The notes under the pieces: model-generated | Told to the model about the DNA's origin: nothing | The model's input: only the letters and a program-made list of their open reading frames with translations | Database searches by the model: none | Program-made: the position numbers and the translations under genes | Part shown: piece by piece, positions 39,801-50,800 of the stretch | How positions within the stretch are numbered: the stretch's first letter is position 1 | Layout: every line of letters begins with the position of its first letter | Source of the DNA: Mobula birostris | Lineage: Eukaryota | Direction of reading: 5' to 3' | DNA length: 64,000 bases | Assembly: GCF_030028105.1 (NCBI RefSeq) | Contig: NC_092383.1 | Coordinates: 87,749,921-87,813,920, forward strand

Positions 39801-40548
39801 GGACAAACTCCAAGGCAGAGTACAAAGTAAATGGCAGGATACTTGGTAGTGTGGAGGAGCAGAGGGATCTCAGGGTACATGTCCACAGATCCCTGAAAGT
39901 TGCTTCACAGGTGGATAGGGTAGTTAAGAAAGCTTATGGGGTGTTAGCTTTCATAAGTTGAGAGATAGAGTTTAAGAGTCGCGATGTAATGATGCAGCTC
40001 TATAAAACTCTGGTTAGGCCACACTTGGAGTATTGTGTCCAGTTCTGGTCACCTCACTATAGGAAAGATGTGGAAGCATTGGAAAGGGTACAGAGGAGAT
40101 TTACCAGGATGCTGCCTGGTTTAGAAAGTATGCATTATGATCAGAGATTAAGGGAGCTAGGGCTTTACTCTTTGGAGAGGAGGATGAGAGGAGATATGAT
40201 AGAGGTATACAAGATAATAAGAGGAATAGATAGAGTGGATAGCCAGCGCCTCTTTCCCAGGGCACCACTGCTCAATACTAGAGAACATGGCTTTAAGGTA
40301 AGGGGTGGGAAGTTCAAGGGGGATATTAGAGGAAGGTTTTTTTACTCAGAGACTGGTTGGTGCGTGGAATGCACTGCCTGAGTCAGTGGTGGAGGCAGAT
40401 ACACTAGTGAAGTGTAAGAGACTACTAGACAGGTATATGGAGGAATCTAAGGTGGGGGCTTATATGGGAGGCAGGGTTTGAGGGTCGGCACAACATTGTG
40501 GGCCAAAGGGCCTGTACTGTGCTGTACTATTCTATGTTCTATGTTCTA
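36820..40548 (+). mobile_element. CR1 with open ORF1 esterase domain (36854-37558) and broken ORF2
   Basis: GDSTVRG, HVGTND and DGLH SGNH motifs in a 234-aa ORF; APE and RT motifs in fragments; (TTCTATG)n tail. Interrupts sequence homologous to the gene A upstream region. Confidence 0.95.
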
Positions 40549-41731
40549 CAATCATCTGTGAAAGTATGTTGGAACTGAGCTGATGTGGAGAAATTTGGTC
40601 AGATAAATCAAAGTCCAGTCACAAGTCACAATGTAGTTATGTTTAGACGGTATAGTCTAGGGTACAGGCAGCAGGATTGCATATTATTTCAAGGCTGCAG
40701 GGAATGGGACAATCTCTGTGGGACAGGACTGAATGGAACAGTAAACCGAAGGGAGATCAGAGCCATGATAACAGAATCATTTCCAGATCAGACGTTGAGG
40801 AAGCCTGGAAGAGATGGTGCTGTACATTATGAAAAAGAAACACACTGTAGTCACAGTGGGTCAGCTCTGCAAAAAAGGGAATGTTTAGGACGGTGGATGG
40901 AGAGTCAGTCAAGCGAGAAAACTTCTCCTGGATGACGTTGAGATTCTGCAAAATGAATCCGAATCAGAATGAAAATCAGAATCAGGTTTAATATCACTGA
41001 CCTCTCTCATGAAATTTGTACCTTTTCAGCAGCAGTACAGTACAGTACCTCAAAATAAAAAGTAACTTGTCAAAAGAAAATTAAGTAGTGAAATAAAGCA
41101 AAATAGTGAGGTAGTGTTCACGGGTTGGTTCATTGTCTGTTCAGAAATCTGATGTTGGAGGGGAAGAAAGTGTTTCTAGTGTGTTCAGTGAGGCTCCAGT
41201 AACTACTCCATGATGGTAACAATGGGAAGGGGGCACGTTCTGGGTGATGGGGGTCCGTAATGATGGAAGTCGCCTTTTTGAGGCATCGCCTTTTGAAGAT
41301 GTCATCGATGCAGGGAAGGCGGGTGTAATGACAGTGCTTGCTGAGTTTGCAACGTTCTGCAGCTTTTACCAGTCCTGTGCAATGTCCTCTCCATACCAGT
41401 CAGAGGTGTTGACACCGAGGAACTTGTGAAGCCGCTCTGCCTTTCCACTGCCGTGCCCTGTGAGGACTGGTGCACGTTCTCTCCTCTTTCCTTCCATGAC
41501 GCCTGAATGCTTGAAGCTGAACAAATCCAAGGGAATGGAAAAATATTCTGACACGGTCCTAACTGCTGCATTGTCTGCAATTGATTGGTTGGCGAGTCAC
41601 CGAAGGTTGCTAGCACAACAGCATATACGTCATGGCAAAAGCAGAATTGATCCCCTCTTGTGCTTATTAAATAAAGAACTGGAAAACTCAAAAATAACAC
41701 AGAGACCCAACTGATCTAAGGCAACTGAAGT

Positions 41732-41828
41732 ATGGAGCTGGTGCTGGGTGAATTCACACTCGAGAGACACCCCAGGACAATGGGAGCTATCGCTCTGTTG
41801 GTTCTCATCTCCACTGGTTTTGTATCAG
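41732..41828 (+). CDS. Gene B exon 1, leader [32 protein letters not shown](G)
   Basis: Two in-frame ATGs (41732, 41780); the second starts a classical signal peptide. Phase-1 donor CAG|GTAAAG. Confidence 0.88.
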
Positions 41829-44800
41829 GTAAAGCATTATATCTAAAATATATGAAGTTTATAGATATTAACAAGTATTGTACAGTTTTCTAATGAATAA
41901 CACTGACAGATGCAGGAAGTTCTGCTGATGTCGGATCATGCACTGGGTGGTAGAGCTGAAGATGAACCGTTGAGAATAATGCCATTTGCTGTCGTGAATT
42001 ATCCAGGATTCTGGTCAAGAGGTGCAATGGGTGCACAGCAAGATGATCTCAGAAATAGCCTGGACTCTCTGCCATGTGGGCAGTAGTTTCAACACAGACA
42101 GAGCAACAACTACAATATCTCCACTGTTGGACCAATATTTCTGCATTCAGCGATCCTCCCAATGTAGATCGACAGAATTTTATTGGGGAATATGTCAGGG
42201 ATAAATCATCCATGGAAACTGTCCCTCTGTAAAATTTCCAGCTTGGATATTCAATTACAGGAGAGGAAACAGCTCCAATTACAAATGGGCTAACTTGAAG
42301 TAGCAGCTGGGGACAGCGGAATAATGAGGAACCTCAGCAAACTGTTTTGTCCTTTAATTGTGATGGTCTAGATAAATAAATAATATGCAGCCATTAAGTT
42401 GTGAGTAACCACATGGACACCAGTTATGTCTGTCTTTTCATTAGTCACGTGGAACAGTCCATGTTCCAGCCCTCCCTCATCCCCTTTCTTCTATTCTCCA
42501 CTCTGGCCTGTTATCTCTTCTTCTCACCTGCCTATCACCATCTCCTCGTGTTCCTCCTTCTTCCCTTTCTCCTGTGATCCACTGTCTTCTTCTATCAGAT
42601 TCCTCCTTCTCCAGTTCTTCAGCTTTCCCACATACCTGGCTTCACCTATCACCTTCTAGTTTATCTTCTTCCCCTCCCCCCATCATTTTATTCTGTTGTC
42701 TTCCCCCTTCATTTCCAGTCCTGACGAAGGGTCTTGACCTGAAACGTTGACTCTGTTCATTTCCATAGACACTGACTGACCTGTCAAGTTGTATGTGTTA
42801 ACCCCTACTTATTTCCTGCTATCACCAATGAGGCCAACTGGGGCCCCAGAAACTTTATAACAATGTGATCATCAGTGGCATGGCCAGAATTTGTTGCAAT
42901 CCCTAGTTGCCCCTAGGAAGGTGATCACTCCCTCACTGAACCACTGCAGCAATCATTTCCACAGAATTCACAACACATTCAAAATGAGAAACAGACACAG
43001 GGTTCAGAATCATTAGGGTGAGCCATTCTGCTTTAACTAAACGTTGAGGAACAATCTCAATGAAATGAGGATTAACATCAAAGATAAACTATTAAAGTGG
43101 GACATGATCTCTTCAAAATCAGGAAACTCTTTGAACAGTATGCATGATTGGCTTACATTGCTCGGTATACTTTGTGCTGACGATGTGTGGGTAATCCTTC
43201 ATTATTAATGTACCCACAGGCTCTGGTGCACTAACTGGAACTGAGAAGATTAGAGGAGTAGTGGGGCAATCGGTCACTGTGGAATGTCGGTATGATCAGA
43301 TATACAAGGACTACATGAAAAAGTGGTGTAGAGGTGATCTTTCCATTGGTTGTTCCACAGTGGTTTCAACTGACCAGCCACGAACAGGACGAATATTGAT
43401 GGCTGATAACAAAACACAAAGGATTCTTTCAGTAACTGTGAACAATCTAAAGAAGAGTGATGAAGGGCTGTACCAGTGTGTAATGGAGAGGTTAATATAT
43501 GTACCGAATAAAAGGTTTACCATTTCACTGGAGGTTTCTGAAGGTACATTAACAATTTCTCTTTTGTTCCAAAATTTGAAAATCCCAAATTCACTGCCTC
43601 ACACTGTTCATGACTCAGTGCCTCATCCCAGGGAATCAAAGGATTGGAGCCTTATTTAGTGAGGATCCCAGCCTATTGGGACACACTAAGAGCCCCAACC
43701 TCCTGGGAAGGTATGAATAGACTGTCAAACACTAAACCGATGGGAAGGTCCCAATGGCCAACTGTTCTGCTGTTGATGGGTCACTTCCCTGAAGACAGTT
43801 GCTTCAATATCAGACACTGTACTGACTCTCACTGGAACAGAAGAGGAAGAGCGAGCTACACATCTGTTCCCCTATCCATCAAAGCTCACCATCACCACTC
43901 ACACATTGTTCTGATTGCATTGCTTCAACTCTATCCAGCTCTGCCAATTCTAGCAATAAATTCCCAGATGGGAAGGGTGATCTGGTCTTTGGACTGAGCC
44001 ACACAGAAAATACAAAATAAAGTGAATAATGGGGGAAATACTCAGCAGGTCAGGCAGCATCTCTGAGCAGAAAACAATCTTAATGTTCTAGATCAATCTG
44101 AACTGCCTATACTTAGAGGAAATGCAAGAGTTACAATGCAGAGAAGGAGAAGGGTGGAGTGGTTGGAGAGAAAACCAAGAGCTGAAATTACCAACAGAAT
44201 AGAAAAGAAAATCAATAGATGTATGGTCAAACCTAAGAGTAAAAGTACACAATTTGCTGAAAGCAGCGACACAGGCAGACAGGATGGTGAAGTTTGGCAT
44301 ATTGGCCTTCATCAGTCAAGGTATGGAATACAGGAGCTGGGGGCGTTAACTTACAATAGTACAAGGTGTGGTGACACAGCTTATGGTACAATCTGAATAA
44401 AGTGATCAGAAAATTGTCTCTGATACCATCACTAACCTCATCAACTTTGGTAAATCTTATCCACCACCACCAAGCTCGTAGGTCCCTTACCCCAGACTCC
44501 TCACTTCAAACTCCTGTCTAAGATTCACAAACCTGACTGCCCAGGTCAGCCTATTGCCTTTGCCTACTCCTACAATACTGAGCTCATGTCCGCACACCAT
44601 GACTCCATCGTATTCTCTTTGGGTCAGCCTACTGAATCCCATAGCTATCTTGGCTATTCCTCTTCCCATCATATTGACTATCAAAATGCTTTTCCCTTTT
44701 CTTAGTTCCTTTGTCTCTGCCACATCTGTTCCCATGATGAAGCTTTCATTTTGAGAACATCAGATATGTCCTCCTCCTTCAAAGAACAGGCTTTCTCTTT

Positions 44801-47800
44801 CTCCCCCATTGATGCTGCTCCCACCGGAATCACTTTTATTTCCTGGACATCTACGCTCACCCCTTGATTCCAAGATACCATTCTCCCCAATTTCTGCCAT
44901 TTTAACAGGATTCTACCAACAAACACATCATAATCTTATGGTCTTATAATCATCCCTCACTCTCAGCTTCTCCAGTGATGGCTCCCTTTATGATTTCCTT
45001 GTCTGTAAATCCCTTCCCCATTAATCCATCTCCTGGTACATATCTTTGCAAGTGACAAAAATGCTACACCTGTTCATTCACCTCCTCCCGTAACTCCATT
45101 CAGAGCCCCAGACAGTCTTCCAGGTGTAACTTGGAGTGCTGCTTTGTCAAGCACATCCACCAAAAGCTGAATTTCCTAGAAGGCAACCATCTTAGTTCCT
45201 ATCCCCATTTTGACATGTCAGTCCTTGGCTTTCCCTTTTGCCATGATGAGGCCACTCCCAGGATGGAGGAGCAACACCTCATATTCCATCCAGGTAGCCT
45301 CCAACCAAATGGTATGATCATCAATTTCTGTTTGATAATTTTTTTGCCACCTTTCTCCCTCTATTCTCTACTCTGACCTCTTATCTCTTCTCTTCACTTG
45401 CCTATCATCTGCTGCCCCTCTTTCTTCCTTTTATCCCATGGTTTCTTCTACTCTCCTATCAGATTACTTCTTCTCCAGTATTTTAGCTTTCCCACACACT
45501 TGGCTTCATCTATCACCTTCTGGCTTATCTACTTCTCCTCCCCACATCTTTTTATTCTAGTGTCTTCCCCCTTACATGACAGTTCTGAAGTAGGGTTTCA
45601 GGCTGAAATGTTGACTGTTCATTCATTCCCATAGATGCTGCCTGACCTGCTGAGTTCCTCCAGTGTTTTGTATGTTAACCCATCCTCATTTCCCAGTTTC
45701 AATCATTGTTTGTCTATTGACGACATCGATGAGGACCTTGACACCATTATGATGGTGTCGAGACTAGCGCGTGATTTGGATTTAAGTGAGGGAGAGTTGC
45801 TCAGTGTCAGCCTCACTCTCTCTTCCCAATTCCCGTCTGGATCCAGTGGCAAGACAGAGTCGAGATGGCTGGAGATGGGACTAGGCGCAGTGGATGACCA
45901 GGACGTCTTCTGTGTCTTGTCCTGCTCTACACGTTCCATAATGCTTGCAGAGACCGCCTTCTTGACTATTGGACCTTCCATTGGTCTCGTCCACTCAATC
46001 CACCAGAGTCTGTCTTCACATGCTGGGATAGACAACTCCCTATCTCACCGAGGGTTTGATACTTGTTGGCTACCCTCACCTGGTTTAGCCGGCTTGTCGA
46101 AGCCATTGCCCGGGGTGTTGCCGCTGTCGCATGCAAACAGCTATGGAGAGCCACAGGTGAGAGCTGAGTACCAGGTGGGGACCAAAGGTGGACTAACCGT
46201 CCTGAAACGGACACGACATGTTCCCCCACCAGAGGTGCTACCCCTCCCTGACACCCCATACACCCCAGTTTCATCCATAAAGCTTCACTGGAACCCCAGT
46301 AAATTCATTTAAACCTGGGCATCAGTGGGAAGGCCAGAATTTATTGCCATCTCTGGTTGCTCCGGAAGATCATGGCTCCCTCGCTGAACCACTGCAGTTA
46401 TCATTTCAGCAGAATTCACAACCCAAACAAGAAACACCAAATACAAAGCTTAGACATATTAGGGTGAGCGGTTCCGCATTCACTGAACGTTGACAAACAA
46501 TCTCAAAGAAATGAGGATTAACACCAAGGATAAAATATTAAAGTGGAACATGATCTCTGCACAATCATGAAGCTCTCAGAACAGTAGGCTCAAGGGTGGT
46601 GTGAGGAGTAAGTTTCTTTACTCAGAGTTATGGATGCCTGGAATGTGCTGCCTGATATGGTGGTAGAGGAAAATACATCAGAAGCTTTTCAGAGACTTTT
46701 AGATAGGCAGGACAATGCAGAGATATGGACATGTTGTGGGTAGATGGATGAGTGTTTGGGTATTTTAGATTTGGTTTTTAGCTGGCTTGGCACAACACAA
46801 TGGGCCAAATGGCCTTTTCCTCTGCGGTGCTGTTCTATGTTCTATGTTCTAGTAGACATGATGAGTTTATATTGCTAAGTGCACTTTGTGCTGATGATGT
46901 GTGGGTAATCTTTTACTATTCATATACCCACAGGCTCAGGTGCACTAACTGGACCTGAAAAGGTCAGAGGAGCAGTGGGACAATCAGTCACTGTGGAATG
47001 TCGGTATGATCTGAGATACAGGGACTATGTGAAGAAATGGTGTAGAGGTGATCCTTACGTTGGTTGTTCCGCTGTGGTTTCCACTGACCAGCCACGAAGT
47101 GAACGAATAACAATGACCGATTACAAAACACGAGGGATACTTTCAGTAACCATGGACAATCTAAGGAAGAGTGATGAAGGGCTGTACCAGTGTATGATAG
47201 AAAGGACAATGTTGATACCAAATGAAAGGTTTACCATTTCACTCGAGGTGTCTGAAGGTATGTCAATAATTTCTCTTTCATTCCCAAGTTTAAAAATCGT
47301 AGCTTAGGAATTCCCTCCTTGCACTGACCACAATTCAGTGCTTCATCCCTGGGCATCAAAGGACTGAGTCCGCATTTACTGAGGATCTCAGCCTATGGGG
47401 AAACACCAAGAGCCCCAACCTCCTGGAAGGGTGTGAATGGACTGTGAAATCCTGAACCAACGGGACAGTCTTAATGGCCAGTTGTTCTCCTGCGGATGGG
47501 TCACTTCCACAAAGACAGTGGCTCTGAGATCAGACATTAAGCCAGCTCTCACTGGAGCAGGAGGAGAGGAACAAGCTTCACACCTGTCCTCTTGCCTACC
47601 AAGCTCACCCTCACCTCTCGCACATTGCTTCAACTCAGTCCAGCTGCAGCAATAAATTCCCAGATAGGAAGGGTGATCTGGTCTTTGGACTGAGTCACAC
47701 AGAAAGTTCAAAATAAAGTGGATCATGTGGGAAATACTCAGCAGGTCAGGCAGCATCTGTGGAGAGAAAACAACCTTAATGTTTCAGGTCAATCTGAACA

Positions 47801-50800
47801 GCCAATATTTTGAGGAAATGTAGAAGTTACAATTCAGAGAAGCAGACAGATGGGTGGTAAATAGAAGACTAGGCGCTGAAATTACTAATAGAAAAGAAAA
47901 TAAAATCAATAGATGTGCAGACATCTCTTGAAGGTATGTGTACAATTTGTCATCACATTCCCAAGTTTGAAAATCCCATCCTGTGAATTTTCTCCCTTTC
48001 ACTAACCACAACTCATGCCTCATCCCTGGGTATGTACAGCAGGTTAACTAAAATCAATGGCAAGGAGAACAGAGCTAATGATTCAGCTAGATACTCTTTC
48101 AATGGTAATGGAAACATTTGAGGTCAAAAATTTGTTCAGTTGCAGGTAGAGGGAAGACTCCACAAATGGACAGTCCCAAGCCCAGATGCAAAAGGAGAAG
48201 AGTTCAGCATGAGGCTAGCAACCCACAGTAGCATGGTGATTAGCTCAACACTACTTAAGCACGGGGCATTGGAGTTTGGAGTTCAATTCCAGTGTTCTCA
48301 GTAAGAAAGTTTGGACTTTCTTCCTGTGACTTTCCTCCTGATGCTCCGGTTTCCTCCCACAATCCAAAGATGTACCAGTTAGTAAGCTAATTGTAAATTG
48401 TCCTGAGATTAGCCTAGGGTTAAATAGGTGAGTTTCTGGAAGGGCCTACTCTGCACTATATCACTAAATAAATTAAAGTAAGAAAAGAAAAATCTCGTGA
48501 AAACCCAGAGCTACAGAAACACCAACAGAAGCTCCAAAGATCTCATCCATGGGAGAGGAAAGATACACCAAGGAGGGGCGATAGGCCCCAAGAAAATGGC
48601 AGGGGAAGAGTAGCGTGGATGGACAGAAGACAAAGAAAGGTTGTTGATAGGGTAGGGAAAGCAGAGAGTAAAGCTTGTGTGGTAAAGAATTGGTTAAAGA
48701 TTGGGACAGGTACCAAGATCTGAGTCAGGAGGTGGAGTAGAACTGAGAATAAATATCTGAAGTTACCAGCAGGTAAGAAAATAAGCATTAGTGATCACTA
48801 GGAACTGAGTTAGAAAGGCTGGAATTGATGGCAGTCCTAACAATATCTCAGTGAGAATTTTTTTAATACACTGGAAGACTGACTGGTTGCTTTATTTTTA
48901 TCAATTATGAAAGAAAAATCTTCTATATTGCTGTACAAATAATCACCTGCAGATGTCCTTTTCCTGATATCGTGACAAATTACAATCCGCCTCACACCAG
49001 CAGCTGAGGCACAATGCTAGTCACAGGCCTCTAACCCAATAAACAACTATAAACCCTCACGCTTCCCTTCGCACCAGCAAGCCATTTCTGTGTCACAGTC
49101 ATCTTTGCCAAGTTCCTCTTTAATACCACAGAATATGCCATACCCCAATTGATCCTGGTCCAAATTGCTTTGCCATCTATGGAGATGGCAAAGTATATTG
49201 CTTGAGAATTTTCCTGAATACACTTAAATTCTGTCACATCAAAGCCCTAACTAAGGCAGTCCCACTGTTTATAAGGAATCATGATATCCCCTACTATGAA
49301 AGAAAACTAATTTTTTTTTTTTTTTAAATTAAACTTTCCGCAACCACTTTGAAGGTTCCTCTTATACCCATTGATGATTAGCCTTCCTGGAGTAGAATGA
49401 TCAACCCCTTCTTATTTCTCAGGTTCACCCAGAGATCCTCACTGGATGATCCCCCAGTAAACTCATTACAACAGTGACCAGGCCAGAACCTATCTGCCAT
49501 CTCATGTTGCCGCTGAGGAGGTGGTGGCTCCCTCACTGAACCACAGCAGGGATCATTTCTCCAGGATTCACAGCCTGCTCACAACAAGAAACAACAGACA
49601 CGCAAGTTGGGAACGCCTGACCACCCATTATAGCTTTTACTGTAACTTGAGGAACAACTCGGTGAAATGAGGATTAACACCCGGGATAAAATATTCAAGA
49701 GGAACATGATCTCTGCAAAATCATGAGATTCTCTAAGCAGTTAATAAGATGAGTGTATGTTGCTAAATGCACCTTGTGCTGATGACGTGTGGGTAACTTC
49801 CATTATTCATGTGCCAACAGGCTCAGGTGCATTAACTGGACCTGAGAAGGTTAGAGGAGCAGTGGGACAGTCAGTCACTGTGGAATGCCGGTATGATCCG
49901 AAGTACAAGGACTACGTGAAGAAATGGTGTAGAGGTGATCCTCACGTGGGTTGTTCCACTGTGGTTTCGACTGACCAGCCATGAAGAGGACGAGTATCAA
50001 TGACTGACAAAAAAATACGAGGGATTCTTTCGGTAACCGTGGACAATCTAATGAAGAGTGATGAAGGGGTGTATCAGTGTATAATGGAGAGGGTAATATA
50101 CGTACCGAGAAAAAGGTTTATCATTTCACTGGAAGTTTCTGAAGGTACGTTTACAATTTCTCGTCAAGCTTCCATATTAGAAAATCGCAGCTTAGGAATT
50201 CCCTCCCTCAGCTCTGACTATGACTCAGTACCATTAAAGAGATGGGAACTCATTTGCAGGGCTGCAGCCGATAAGGACAAAGAAGAGCTCCACCTTCCTG
50301 GGGGGAGTATGAATGAGCTGATAAACCTGACAGGAAGATCCCAGTGGCCAGCTTTTCAGCTGTTGATAAGACGTTTTCCCCAAAAGACTGCAGTTCTGAG
50401 ATCAAACCTTGTGCTGAGTCTCACTGAAGCAGGAGGAGAGGAACCAGCCCCACCCCTGTTCCCCTGCCCACCAAGCTCACGTTCACCACTCACACACAGT
50501 GGTGATTCCATTGCTTCACCTTGATCCAGTTCTGCCAATTCTACCAATCATTTCCCCCAAGCAAAAATGTCTGTCTGGTCTTTGCACTGAGCCAACACAG
50601 AAGGTACACATCATGGGAAATTCTCAATAGGTCAGTCAGCATCTCTAGATTTAATGGTAGAGGTAGATACCCTATTAGCACCTTCAAATGTCCTTTTCTT
50701 ATTGCCCTTTATTCCTCTTCTATGAACTGATCAACCCCTCCTTTCTCTCAGCCTCTTTCTTTGAGCTACTTCACCCAACCCCCATTTCACCTCCACACTC

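Noticed and set aside
45635-46312. 225-aa ORF with overlapping antisense ORFs
   Set aside because: Lies almost entirely in an RTE-related insertion bounded by a 10-bp TSD, plus Penelope sequence.
48840-49030. Faint similarity to intron 1 of genes A and B, suggesting V3 once had its own leader
   Set aside because: Only short scattered matches (TCACCTGCAG, GCAGCTG..ACAATG) and no leader exon found; needs a proper alignment.
43220-50144. Rearranging Ig/TCR V gene segments
   Set aside because: Each exon encodes a complete V domain including the G strand and ends in a GT donor; no CACAGTG heptamer/nonamer RSS follows.
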